A DNA stretch of 63,217 nt from an uncultured Bacteroidales bacterium (GCA_964508895.1 CAZDWF010000003.1:1-63217); one strand, 5' to 3'. Positions 48,727 through 58,581 are shown, numbered from the stretch's first letter. Numbers and translations: made by a program. Notes: generated by a model not told the origin, from the sequence alone.

Positions 48727-50475
48727 TTATCTTACAAGAATCAAAGTTCCTGATTTTCTGAAATCTGCACTTATTCCTAATTCATCCTTTGCTTTAAAGT
48801 CGATAATATATACGTATGAACCTGTAGGACATTGCTTTCCATTCATTTCACCATCCCATAAATCAGAAATACTGAAAGACTCGAAAACTTTTGTACCTCT
48901 TTTATTATATATCAGAATATGAAATGAGGAAATACTATTTCCCTTTGGCTCGAACTCATCATTAAGTCCATCTCCATTTGGTGAAAATGCATTAGGTATA
49001 TACAAGCTTGATTTGTATTCACTAATATATACTGTATCAGACAGTGCTACACCAATTTTTTCAACATCAACCCAATATTTACCTCCCTTTGTTACCACAA
49101 AAGTTTGATTATGAGATCCATCTTGCCAAGTATATGTATCAAATCCTGACCCTGCATCAAGAACAATCTTATCTCCAAGAATAAGATTAGTATCAGGACC
49201 AAGAATACTCTCAGGTGGAAACATAATACCTACAAATATGCTATCATATCCATAACCACATTCATTTTCAACCCTAACATGATATATCCCGGTGGTGCTT
49301 ACTGAATAAAATTGGCCAAAACTATGATCCTGCCACAAATAACTTAAATATCCTGAACCAGCATCTAAAATCAATGTATCGTTGTACCAAATTGTAGTGT
49401 CATTTCCCAGAAATACCTGTGGTAAATAATCAAATGATACATAAATAGAATCACTTGAAAAACACATTCCATCTGTAATTATAACCCAATATAATCCAGG
49501 ACTAGTAACTATATAGAATGAGTTGGTTGTACTATCTTGCCATATATATGACACATTAGGCAGTCCAGGATTAAGTATCAAGCTGGCATTCTCACAAATT
49601 GTAGTATCCTTACCAAGATTTACCTGAGGAATATTATTAATTTGAACATAAACTGAATCCATGCAATATTCATTTCCTAATGTAACTTCAACCCAATATA
49701 TTCCTTGGTGGGTTACTATCAAACTATCATTTGTGCTTCCATCCTGCCATAAATAAGTATCATAATTATTCCCCGGACTTAAAACAACAGATGAACCACT
49801 ACATATTGTTGTATCATTTCCCAAAGAGCAGTTCAGTGAACCACCTTGACTGTCGTAGACAATAGTAAGTTTTGGATGGAGATCAGGAATAATATAATCA
49901 CTGGAAGCAAAATCTAAAGCCCTATATTTTTCTTCTGTATTTAGTTTAAGCATGAATCCAAAACTAGAATCAGGATTCAGTATCATATCCTGTACTAATT
50001 CCGTAACATCAATATTTGGATATGACTGATCTATGCTATCGCTTATAGGAAGTATCCCGGGATTATCGGTTGAATAAGGTGGTTGATTATTCCAGGTAAG
50101 AACATGTTCATCCCAATCCTCAAGGATCCTATACAATGAAGATTCATTATCACCATATTGACCTGGAGGATTATTCATCAAATCATCAGCAAAATATAAA
50201 CTTAATGTGGCTTGAAGAATTATATCATCGATTGAAAACATTGAAAGATCAAATTGGATAAAGGACCTGGAAAAGTTCGGATTACCATTCATTGTCCAAG
50301 CATGGGCTGTCAAATCCTCATAATCACCAAGATTGTTATTTGGATTCATAAATTGAATCTTGGAATCTTTGCCAATCTCCGAACCTGGTTGTAATATTAA
50401 AGTATCTTGCGAATGAGAATAACTAATAAAAAATATTAGGATAATAGCAATGGAAAAATTCTTCATATTGACCAT
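48727..50475 (-). CDS. DNRLRE-like domain secreted protein with four about 66-aa repeat modules and T9SS type B (gliding-associated) C-terminal domain
   Basis: N-terminal module shared with the ORFs at 30533 and 50588. Four LG.DTT.C ... Y.WQDGS ... G.YWV modules. C-terminus YIPNAFSPNGDGLNDEF ... WDG. Confidence 0.65.
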   Translation of the reverse strand: MVNMKNFSIAIILIFFISYSHSQDTLILQPGSEIGKDSKIQFMNPNNNLGDYEDLTAHAWTMNGNPNFSRSFIQFDLSMFSIDDIILQATLSLYFADDLMNNPPGQYGDNESSLYRILEDWDEHVLTWNNQPPYSTDNPGILPISDSIDQSYPNIDVTELVQDMILNPDSSFGFMLKLNTEEKYRALDFASSDYIIPDLHPKLTIVYDSQGGSLNCSLGNDTTICSGSSVVLSPGNNYDTYLWQDGSTNDSLIVTHQGIYWVEVTLGNEYCMDSVYVQINNIPQVNLGKDTTICENASLILNPGLPNVSYIWQDSTTNSFYIVTSPGLYWVIITDGMCFSSDSIYVSFDYLPQVFLGNDTTIWYNDTLILDAGSGYLSYLWQDHSFGQFYSVSTTGIYHVRVENECGYGYDSIFVGIMFPPESILGPDTNLILGDKIVLDAGSGFDTYTWQDGSHNQTFVVTKGGKYWVDVEKIGVALSDTVYISEYKSSLYIPNAFSPNGDGLNDEFEPKGNSISSFHILIYNKRGTKVFESFSISDLWDGEMNGKQCPTGSYVYIIDFKAKDELGISADFRKSGTLILVR

Positions 50476-50587
50476 TTTTATTAGTAAGCACTATAAAATT
50501 ATATAATACTGTTTCCAATAGCAAGATTTATAAATGAAATTTAGCTATTCTTACTTGTAAAAGTTCTTTCTAAACCTGATAACTAGA

Positions 50588-51934
50588 TTACTTAATGATT
50601 TGAATTTTTCTACTTTTTGATTTAATTCCATCTGATAAATTTAGCAGATATATTCCTGGTTTAAAACCTGATAAATCAATTTCTTGCAATACATCAATCC
50701 CGAAGTAAATATCCCTATCCAATAAATTTTTCCCCATCATGTCGTGTAATCCAATTCTCAACTTCATACTTATATTACTTCTATTTTTAATGTATATAAT
50801 AATTGATGCAGGATTTGGATAAACTAAAATGTTATCCAGGCTTATCTTTTCTTCCTTTATACTGGTAAGTTCAATCGATTCACATAAAGTATCAACGGAA
50901 CACTCATTATTAACGGTGAGGCAGACATCATATGTCCCATGTGAACCATAATAGTGAAATGGATTTTCCAATATAGTTCCATATCCATCTCCAAAATCCC
51001 AGTAATATGTTAATGCATTGCTGGAAAGGTTTATAAATATTACTGTATCACCTTGTATTAGGTATTGAAATTTTGCTTTTACAAGTGGGCAAACATTTAT
51101 TGAATCACAATATGTGGACTCACCATTTACATTGAACCCTGTTAAACAAACATTATATTTATCATATGAAGTATAATGGTGTATAGGATTTTCTAATGTT
51201 GATGAAAATCCATCTCCGAAATCCCAGTAATAAGTATCAGCATCCACAGATTCATTAGTAAATATTATTGAGTCCCCAAGTCTGTAAAAAGAATACAAAG
51301 GAGATGGTAGTATAGGTGGGAAATAAACAATTTCAAGTTTTGGCCTTAAATCAGAATTTGAATAATCACTGGAAGCAAAACAAATTGTTTTATGAGCAAT
51401 TTCTTCATATAATTTGAACATAATACCAAAATTACTATCTGGATTATGCACTAAGAATTCAATAATATCAGTTACATCTATATCAGGATAATTTTGAAGG
51501 TTATTGGTGCTTTTTGGCAAATTAACCTCATCTAAAGTAGTCGAAGAGGGTTGATTATTCCAGGTTACCTGATCTTCACCCCATGTTTCGGTTACTCGCC
51601 TGATACACCACTCATTCTCACCACTTTGTCCTGGTGGATAATTTGGCAAATCTGATGCAATAAATAATGAAAGTTTTGCTTCAAAAATAATGCTACTAGG
51701 AGGAAGTGCTGATAAATCAAACTCTATAAAGGACCTTGTATAATTAGTATCCGATCCAAGATCAAAAGCATGTGCTGTTATATCAGTACTATATCCCAAA
51801 TTCTGATCAGGACTCATACTTTTCACCTTAGCATCTTTTCCATCAGCAGTACCAGGTTGAATCACAATAGTATCCTGTGAAAAAGCTGAGAGCATAAATA
51901 AAATAAAAAAGGAAACAATAGGTAATCTTTTCAT
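50588..51934 (-). CDS. DNRLRE-like domain secreted protein with two PKD-like domains and T9SS type A CTD
   Basis: N-terminal module RSFIEFDLS ... AKLSLF; two YYWDFGDG PKD motifs; CTD ILVYPNPASIIIYI. Confidence 0.65.
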   Translation of the reverse strand: MKRLPIVSFFILFMLSAFSQDTIVIQPGTADGKDAKVKSMSPDQNLGYSTDITAHAFDLGSDTNYTRSFIEFDLSALPPSSIIFEAKLSLFIASDLPNYPPGQSGENEWCIRRVTETWGEDQVTWNNQPSSTTLDEVNLPKSTNNLQNYPDIDVTDIIEFLVHNPDSNFGIMFKLYEEIAHKTICFASSDYSNSDLRPKLEIVYFPPILPSPLYSFYRLGDSIIFTNESVDADTYYWDFGDGFSSTLENPIHHYTSYDKYNVCLTGFNVNGESTYCDSINVCPLVKAKFQYLIQGDTVIFINLSSNALTYYWDFGDGYGTILENPFHYYGSHGTYDVCLTVNNECSVDTLCESIELTSIKEEKISLDNILVYPNPASIIIYIKNRSNISMKLRIGLHDMMGKNLLDRDIYFGIDVLQEIDLSGFKPGIYLLNLSDGIKSKSRKIQIIK

Positions 51935-51977
51935 ACTTATAAACTTTAAATTTGGAGTTTATAAATATATTAAAAAA

Positions 51978-53279
51978 TCAAATATCATTAATGATACCGG
52001 AGATTTTATTCGCTAAAGCATTTCTTGAATATTTCAAATATACAGGATTTCTGGAATCAAGATTCTTATTCCCTTTCCAATGATTAAATAGTTCAGTCAA
52101 ATATTCTTTGAAAGCACTTTTATTCTCATAATCAATTACTCTGCCAGCCTTGCATTCTTTAATGACATCATTCACATTCCCATCTTCCGGTCCAATGCAG
52201 ATAATTGGTTTTCTGGAGCCTATATAATCAAATATTTTCCCTGATACAATTCCTTTGTTTTTCGGATTCCGTCTTATTGTGGAAAAACAAGCAGTGCTTT
52301 CCATTAAATATTTCACAGACTCTTCATGAGGAACGTATGGAATAAACTCAAGAATGTGGTCAATTTCAAATTTCGCAAACACCTCCCTTACACTATCATC
52401 AATGTTTCCTACAAACCTGAATAATACCGGAACGTCAGGATTATCAGCCATAACTTCATAAAGAGCTTCCACAAAAACATCCATCTTATTGGCATCATTG
52501 GCAAGAGAACCTGTAAAAGTGATCAGGAATTTATCCCTGGGAGGGCTGGAAGGTATATTGAAATCTTCTTCATCAAAACCATTGGGTATTATCTGTATCT
52601 TATCCTGGCTGATCTTCTTACTTTTTTTCTGTAACAATTGTTTTAAAGCATCACTTACAATCGTAATCCTGTCAGCTCTTTCTATTACTTTTCTTTCCAG
52701 GGATGCATCATATTTTTTTGCCAGGGCAGTATGATAAAATGCATCGTAATAAAAAATATCTGTCCAGGGATCGCGAAAATCAGCAATCCAATTAACAGCT
52801 GTTCTTTTTTTCAACTCAAGTCCTGAAAGGTGCACTGATTGAGGCGGACCTGTAGTTATAACCGTATCAATATTATGTTCTGCAATAATTTCCAGGGCTT
52901 TTTTCACTACATAGGGCTTCCACCCTACCCTTGCATCAGGAATGAATAAGTTTCCTCTGATAAAGCGGCTGAATTTCTGTGCAAGTGAAGGATTTGTTTC
53001 ATTATCGAAACTACTATGAGGATATTTCCCTTTACCTATCAACTTTCTGTATATATCGAATATCTCAAAAGTTTTGGTTTTATATACAATTAAATCTTGA
53101 GGTATTTCCTTTTCAAGGGATTTATCTATTACAGGATAGTTTGCTTTCTCAGGATCGACAGTCAGAACAAAGGGCTTTACTCCAAATTCAGGCAGGTATT
53201 TTACAAACTTAAGCCATCGCTGAACACCGGAGCCTCCACTGGGTGGCCAGTAATATGTTATGACCAGTACCCGCTTCAT
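51978..53279 (-). CDS. Glycosyltransferase family 4-like
   Basis: N-terminus VLVITYYWPPSGGSGVQRW; GT-B architecture; its start overlaps the upstream YfhO gene's stop by 4 nt. Confidence 0.65.
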   Translation of the reverse strand: MKRVLVITYYWPPSGGSGVQRWLKFVKYLPEFGVKPFVLTVDPEKANYPVIDKSLEKEIPQDLIVYKTKTFEIFDIYRKLIGKGKYPHSSFDNETNPSLAQKFSRFIRGNLFIPDARVGWKPYVVKKALEIIAEHNIDTVITTGPPQSVHLSGLELKKRTAVNWIADFRDPWTDIFYYDAFYHTALAKKYDASLERKVIERADRITIVSDALKQLLQKKSKKISQDKIQIIPNGFDEEDFNIPSSPPRDKFLITFTGSLANDANKMDVFVEALYEVMADNPDVPVLFRFVGNIDDSVREVFAKFEIDHILEFIPYVPHEESVKYLMESTACFSTIRRNPKNKGIVSGKIFDYIGSRKPIICIGPEDGNVNDVIKECKAGRVIDYENKSAFKEYLTELFNHWKGNKNLDSRNPVYLKYSRNALANKISGIINDI

Positions 53280-55756
53280 TTTTTAGCTTTTAATGCTTTT
53301 AATATCTCATACCCACCAACTCCAACAACAAGTAATATTAATAGCAATGAACTTGCCAGTGAAACAGCTTCTCCCTTTTTATAAATCTCCGGTTCAAATT
53401 TGAATTCTATGGTATGGCTCCCTTCAGGTACCACCATTGCCCTTAGCACATAGTTAACCCTGAAATGAGGATAAAGTTCTCCATCAATATAAGCATTCCA
53501 GCCATCTTTATAATAGATCTCTGAGAAGACAGCAAGCTGATCAGATTTTGTATTTGAAGTATATTTTAGATAGTTAGGCTTATATTCCAGGAAGGAAATG
53601 GCTGCAAGACTGTCATTTGCAATTTTTAATCCGTTTAGCTCATCTTCAAATCTTTTATCAATTATTGCTGTTGTTGCAGGATCAAATCCTGTTAAAGCCA
53701 TGATCTCTTCATCAGCATTATTAACGATCTGGTAATCATCCACTAACCAAACATTTCCTAATGCATTCCTGTTTATTATTGGCTGTGATTGAGGATTTAC
53801 AATAATGTATCTGGTATTCAACATATTCAACACTGGAAGTCCGGCCAATATATTTTCAGCATCCTGCATGGTCTTTGCATTTTGTAAAGCTCGTGAGAAC
53901 TTCTCAATTTCAGGAGATATCTGGTATTCAATTAATTCCTGGTACCTTCCCAGTTTAGCTCCATGGTATCCGCCTATTGATTTATGGAAATAGGGTGTGT
54001 TTCCATCATTAAAAGGACTGACTGACAGATTAAGAACCTTAAAGTTGGGATCTTTATCGTTAAGAATAAAATTATCTGCCACAGTAGGTTGATAAGGTTT
54101 CTCAAGTTTTGATTTCCGGACAAAGTTATCCTGATCAAGATATCTTCTATTCACAGACCACATGTCAGCGAGTATTAATACTCCGAGTATAAGTAAGACA
54201 TAAGTGTAGTTGATCTTCTTAGAGACCCATAACCATATCAAGCCAAATGAAAGACCGATAAAGATCAGTGAACGTAATGAATCCATTCTCAGTATGTATT
54301 TACGATCAACAATCAAAGCATCTATCAGAGGCTTTTGCAGTTGTCCGTCCTGAATTCCATTAAAGTTAAAAAACATGCCAGGCACTAAAATAAACAGCAG
54401 TAAAACAGCTCCAAGAATATAGGCTGCATATTTCATATACTTAAGCAGATCTTTTTTCTCAATATCACCCTTTAATATTTTTGATATTCCAATTATTGCA
54501 AGCAATGGAATGGCAAGTTCGGCCATAACCAGAATAATCGTAACTGCTCTGAATTTGCTGTATCCCGGAACATAGTCCAGGAAGAAATCCGTAAAGACCA
54601 TAAAGTTTTTACCCCAGGATAAAAAGATTGATAAAATAGCGACTGATAATAACCACCATTTATACTTTCCTTTCACAATAAACAATGCCAGCACAAAAAA
54701 GAAGAATACTATAGCGCCAACATATACAGGTCCTGAAGTAAAAGGTTGTGTTCCCCAGTAAACAGGAAGCTGTTTAATATAATTATTCGCCTGTGCAATC
54801 GGAACATTATTATCTCTTAATACCTTATAGAATTCAGAATTCTTTGACAATTCACTGGTTGTGCTACCTCCCATAAAGTCTGGGATAAACAAAGTGAAAG
54901 TCTCTGCAACACCATAACTCCAGGCTGTAACATAATCCCTGCCCAGTCCTGAAGTTTGGTTTGTTTCGTTCATAGTAAGCTCAGATTTTCCACGGGTTGT
55001 ATATTGAGAATGATCAGAAGCTATCCAAAGATTTGTTGCATGAGTTAACACAGCTATAAAGGCTGCTATTAACAGAATACCAAAAGCCTTAAAAAATCTT
55101 GCATAGGTCTTATGTCTGATCGTTTCAACAAGCTCATATATTCCGTAGATAACTACAATTAATAAGAGATAGTAAGTTATCTGAAGGTGATTTGCTTTAA
55201 GTTCAAGGGCAAGGAACAGGGCTGTAAGTATGGCACCTATTATATATTTACCTCTGAATGCCAGTATAATTCCTGCTAAGACCGGGGCCATATAAGCAAT
55301 AGCTACTGCTTTTGTATTATGACCGGCCTCAATTATTACAAAAAAATACGATGAAAAGGCAAAAGCAAACGATCCTATTAAACTTAGCCATGGATTTACC
55401 CTCAGCACTAATAGCAGAATAAAAAAACCAATGAAATAAAGGAAAACATAATCTGCCGGATGAGGTAAACCAAGTCTTATAATTCTATCAACATGAGTTA
55501 TCAGGTTTCCCGGATATTTCACAGAGGTCATATATGCCGGCATCCCTGAGAACATATTGTTAGCCCACAGGGCTTCTTCACCAGTTTCGGTCCTGTAATC
55601 AACAAGTTCTTTCGACATGCCTTTGAAACGTGTGATATCTCCCTGTTGTAATCTTTTCCCCTGAATTACAGGATAGAAAAATGCCAGGCTGAGGATAATA
55701 AATAAAAGAATTGCGACTAAATACGGGGCTAGGTCTTTAAATGAAGGAAATTTCAT
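53276..55756 (-). CDS. YfhO family membrane protein (putative lipid-linked glycosyltransferase)
   Basis: 826 aa. N-terminal multi-TM region with FFYPVIQGKRLQQGDI start typical of YfhO; large C-terminal extracytoplasmic part plus a terminal TM helix. Confidence 0.65.
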   Translation of the reverse strand: MKFPSFKDLAPYLVAILLFIILSLAFFYPVIQGKRLQQGDITRFKGMSKELVDYRTETGEEALWANNMFSGMPAYMTSVKYPGNLITHVDRIIRLGLPHPADYVFLYFIGFFILLLVLRVNPWLSLIGSFAFAFSSYFFVIIEAGHNTKAVAIAYMAPVLAGIILAFRGKYIIGAILTALFLALELKANHLQITYYLLLIVVIYGIYELVETIRHKTYARFFKAFGILLIAAFIAVLTHATNLWIASDHSQYTTRGKSELTMNETNQTSGLGRDYVTAWSYGVAETFTLFIPDFMGGSTTSELSKNSEFYKVLRDNNVPIAQANNYIKQLPVYWGTQPFTSGPVYVGAIVFFFFVLALFIVKGKYKWWLLSVAILSIFLSWGKNFMVFTDFFLDYVPGYSKFRAVTIILVMAELAIPLLAIIGISKILKGDIEKKDLLKYMKYAAYILGAVLLLFILVPGMFFNFNGIQDGQLQKPLIDALIVDRKYILRMDSLRSLIFIGLSFGLIWLWVSKKINYTYVLLILGVLILADMWSVNRRYLDQDNFVRKSKLEKPYQPTVADNFILNDKDPNFKVLNLSVSPFNDGNTPYFHKSIGGYHGAKLGRYQELIEYQISPEIEKFSRALQNAKTMQDAENILAGLPVLNMLNTRYIIVNPQSQPIINRNALGNVWLVDDYQIVNNADEEIMALTGFDPATTAIIDKRFEDELNGLKIANDSLAAISFLEYKPNYLKYTSNTKSDQLAVFSEIYYKDGWNAYIDGELYPHFRVNYVLRAMVVPEGSHTIEFKFEPEIYKKGEAVSLASSLLLILLVVGVGGYEILKALKAKK

Positions 55757-55782
55757 ATCGATAGTTTTGGTATTTTACATCG

Positions 55783-56031
55783 TTATTTATCATCATCCAT
55801 ATCCTCAAAATCAACATATTCACCAACATCAGGATCAAGATGACCCTTATTGTCACCATCTTTCTTTATCCTTATCTCACCTTCTCTTTGATTGCTATTA
55901 TAAAATTGCTCTTGTTGTTTCTGTTTTTTCTTCACGTACCTGTAGAGGATAAATGGCAATATATATCTGAAAAACAACTGAAACAGAAGTCCTAATAAAA
56001 ATAATGCCAGAAGAAAGTACAGAAAACCCAT
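55783..56031 (-). CDS. DUF4834 family small membrane protein
   Basis: N-terminal TM helix, K/Q-rich linker, acidic C-terminus GEYVDFEDMDDDK. Confidence 0.55.
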   Translation of the reverse strand: MGFLYFLLALFLLGLLFQLFFRYILPFILYRYVKKKQKQQEQFYNSNQREGEIRIKKDGDNKGHLDPDVGEYVDFEDMDDDK

Positions 56032-56183
56032 TTTAACAAATTTTCTTTGTGGTTCTTTGTGATCCCGATAACTATCGGGATTGTGTGACTTTGTGGTTTA
56101 TTTATTTAAATACGAAGATAAAAAAAAGAAGATAATGAAATCATTATCTTCTTCTTAAATATTGTTAATCCTATGATAAGGAA

Positions 56184-56333
56184 TTATCTCATTTCATCAG
56201 AAACGCTAAGCCTTTTCCTTCCTTTTGCTCTTCTGGATCTAATAATTTTCATTCCATTAACACTCGACATTCTTTTCCTGAATCCGTGTTTGTTCTTTCT
56301 CTTTCTGTTTGATGGCTGAAATGTACGTTTCAT
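56184..56333 (-). CDS. rpmH: 50S ribosomal protein L34
   Basis: My own translation of the minus strand gives [49 protein letters not shown] (49 aa), the canonical L34 sequence. It falls below the ORF-track length cutoff. Confidence 0.92.
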   Translation of the reverse strand: MKRTFQPSNRKRKNKHGFRKRMSSVNGMKIIRSRRAKGRKRLSVSDEMR

Positions 56334-56360
56334 AACTCTGTTATCTTAATTTTGGGTGTG

Positions 56361-56391
56361 CAAAAGTAAAGAAAATTTTTTTCTAAACAAA
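56361..56391 (-). promoter_or_regulatory. Bacteroidota promoter of rpmH (-33 TTTG, -7 TACTTTTG)
   Basis: On the minus strand, TACTTTTG (plus coordinates 56361-56368) matches TAnnTTTG. A TTTG at 56388-56391 lies 19 nt upstream. The box ends 27 nt before the rpmH ATG. Confidence 0.5.
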
Positions 56392-56416
56392 TTATTTTTG
56401 TAAATATTTTAGGATT

Positions 56417-56479
56417 CAAGGAGCAAGGAGCAAGTCGCAAGGAGCAAGTCGCAAGTCGCAAGGGACAAGGAGCAAGGAG
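56417..56479. repeat. Heptanucleotide tandem array, 9 units (CAAGGAG / CAAGTCG / CAAGGGA)
   Basis: Read directly. 56431-56455 is the exact reverse complement of 57043-57067. Confidence 0.9.
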
Positions 56480-56516
56480 AGCCTAGTGTGTAGAAAGTTA
56501 GAGCATTGCATATTTT

Positions 56517-56879
56517 TCAACTTCTATTTTCAAGATAACCTAAAAAGCCATACAGCACCTTACCTAATTCAAGTAGTTGATCATGAAGATCTTTATATAG
56601 TTGTAAATCAAGCAATGATTTTGTTTCGTATAAAGTTTCAAGATGATCGATAGTTTCATCTTTACTGGCAATCGCATATATAATAAACCTTATATAATCC
56701 TTTGTATATTTTTTCCTTCCATATCCTTCGACAATATTTGATCTAATTGATTTTGATGATCTTCTTATTTGACTTCCTGTTTCATATAATTCTATACTGG
56801 GCAAATGAAGAGACATATTATGTATTTCAATACTGACTTCCTTTGCTTTTTTCCAAACTTGCAAATCTTTGTAACTCAT
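56517..56879 (-). CDS. Four-helix-bundle protein (23S rRNA intervening-sequence protein / Avd family)
   Basis: 120 aa with [17 protein letters not shown] ... [21 protein letters not shown] ... [16 protein letters not shown] pattern typical of this family. Confidence 0.8.
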   Translation of the reverse strand: MSYKDLQVWKKAKEVSIEIHNMSLHLPSIELYETGSQIRRSSKSIRSNIVEGYGRKKYTKDYIRFIIYAIASKDETIDHLETLYETKSLLDLQLYKDLHDQLLELGKVLYGFLGYLENRS

Positions 56880-56913
56880 GATTTCATCTATTTGATACTT
56901 AATACCAAATCAT

Positions 56914-56947
56914 AAAAAAAGTCCCGCTAAAAACGGGACATTTTATT
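56914..56947 (-). terminator. Rho-independent terminator downstream of pepD (potentially bidirectional)
   Basis: GTCCCG-CTAAAAA-CGGGAC hairpin flanked by a 7-A run on the plus strand, which gives a T run after the stem on the minus strand. Confidence 0.6.
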
Positions 56948-57042
56948 AATCAACTTCTCAATGCATTGATAACGAGCCGATTAGTGATCTTTTCGGGATT
57001 TTAAAAGTGTCAATAAACACCACATCCCAGCCCAAAGCACCC

Positions 57043-57070
57043 CTTGCGACTTGCTCCTTGCGACTTGCAT
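57043..57070. repeat. Heptanucleotide tandem array, 4 units (CTTGCGA CTTGCTC CTTGCGA CTTGCAT), inverted partner of 56417-56479
   Basis: Read directly; abuts the pepD stop codon (57071-57073). Confidence 0.85.
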
Positions 57071-58531
57071 CTATTTCACAGGAATATTCTTAAGCGTCTC
57101 AATCAGAAACTCCCAGAATAATTCAACTGTCCTGATATTAACCATTTCATCAGGTGAGTGTGGGTTCCTGATTGTTGGCCCGAATGAGATCATATCCCAG
57201 TGTGGATATTTTGATCCAAGTATACCGCATTCCAATCCTGCATGTATAACTTTCACTTCAGGAACTTTACCATATTTATTATTATAGATCTCTTTCATCT
57301 CATGTAATACAGAAGATTCAATATTTGGCTTCCATCCTGGGTAATCACCTGATACTTCAACTTCAGCACCGGCATCTGCAAAAGCTTTCACAGTATCTTT
57401 TGAGAGATTATCCTTTTCATCATCTACCTGGCTTCTCTGTAATGTAGCTAATTCAAAGTATCCATCTTCAGATTTCACAATTGCAAGGTTAGTTGAGGTT
57501 TGAACAACTCCAGGCATATCGGGTTCCATGCTGATAACACCATTCGGACAATCTTCAACTGCTTTAAAAAGATTTGCCTGTGCTTCAGTATTAACTACAT
57601 GCAAAGGCATCTTTGTCCTGTCTATCTTTATTATTAATCCAGGATCAGCATCTTTATAAATTTCTTTTTGTTCTTCTTCAAATTTCGCATGCAGGTCTTT
57701 AAATGCATCCTTTTTATTATCAGGAACAACAACTACAGCAAATGATTCTCTTGGAATTGCATTACGAAGGCTACCCCCATCAATTTCAGAAAGCCTTAAT
57801 CCATAATTCTCGGCTCCTTCCATTAAAAGTGCATTCATTATCTTATTTGCATTTCCTCTGCCAAGATGAATATCAAGACCTGAGTGCCCTCCTTTAAGTC
57901 CCATCACAGATATTTTATAAGGAGTAACATTTGCAGGAACCTCCATATTCTCAAAAGGAAGTTTGGCATTTGTATTAACACCACCGGCACAGCCAATATA
58001 AAGTTCACCTTCATCTTCTGAGTCAAGGTTTATCAATATGTCTCCATCCAGTTCACCTGCCTGCAATCCGTTAGCGCCAGTCATTCCGGTTTCCTCATCA
58101 GCAGTTAAAAGTGCTTCTATAGGGCCATGGACAATATCATCAGACATAAAAACGGCCATGGCTGCAGCAGCTCCTATTCCATTATCTGCTCCCAGGGTAG
58201 TATCTTTTGCTTTCACCCATTCTCCATCAATCCATGCATCAATAGGGTCGGTTTCGAAAATATGTTGTTTGCTTGAATTCTTCTGTGGAACCATATCAAG
58301 GTGGGCTTGCAGTATAACACCTTTCCTGTTTTCCATACCAGGAGTAGCAGCTTTTTTCATAATAATATTTCCAACTGCATCCTCTTTGGTTTCAATACCA
58401 TGCTTTTTACCAAATTCATTCATAAATGCACGGATCTTTTCCTCATGTTTTGAGGGTCTTGGAATCTGTGTCAGCTCATAAAAATTCTCCCAAAGAAGTT
58501 TGGGTTCAATATCCATTATTTCTTTTCCCAT
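57071..58531 (-). CDS. pepD: Xaa-His dipeptidase (aminoacyl-histidine dipeptidase, M20C)
   Basis: LWENFYELTQIPRPSKHE N-terminus; metal-site motifs QAHLDMV and GADNGIG; 486 aa. Confidence 0.85.
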   Translation of the reverse strand: MGKEIMDIEPKLLWENFYELTQIPRPSKHEEKIRAFMNEFGKKHGIETKEDAVGNIIMKKAATPGMENRKGVILQAHLDMVPQKNSSKQHIFETDPIDAWIDGEWVKAKDTTLGADNGIGAAAAMAVFMSDDIVHGPIEALLTADEETGMTGANGLQAGELDGDILINLDSEDEGELYIGCAGGVNTNAKLPFENMEVPANVTPYKISVMGLKGGHSGLDIHLGRGNANKIMNALLMEGAENYGLRLSEIDGGSLRNAIPRESFAVVVVPDNKKDAFKDLHAKFEEEQKEIYKDADPGLIIKIDRTKMPLHVVNTEAQANLFKAVEDCPNGVISMEPDMPGVVQTSTNLAIVKSEDGYFELATLQRSQVDDEKDNLSKDTVKAFADAGAEVEVSGDYPGWKPNIESSVLHEMKEIYNNKYGKVPEVKVIHAGLECGILGSKYPHWDMISFGPTIRNPHSPDEMVNIRTVELFWEFLIETLKNIPVK

Positions 58532-58573
58532 GATTGTATTTGTTTATAGTGATTGTAATTCTATTAAGGAATA

Positions 58574-58581
58574 CAAAAGTA
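58574..58581 (-). promoter_or_regulatory. Bacteroidota -7 promoter box (TACTTTTG on minus strand) upstream of pepD
   Basis: Matches TAnnTTTG, 42 nt upstream of the pepD ATG. It lies between pepD and the 58619-58723 array. Confidence 0.4.

Noticed and set aside
56041-56100. Hairpin ATCCCGA-TAACTA-TCGGGAT flanked by CTTTGTG motifs; a similar CACAAAG motif at 757-783.
   Set aside because: There is no T run on either strand to make it a convincing terminator. The shared motif is only 7-9 nt, which is too little to call a repeat family from one window.
56517-56879. Diversity-generating retroelement, because four-helix-bundle proteins of this family include DGR Avd.
   Set aside because: I could not recognise a reverse transcriptase ORF, a template/variable repeat pair or a target gene with a C-type lectin fold nearby. 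The gene appears to be an orphan.
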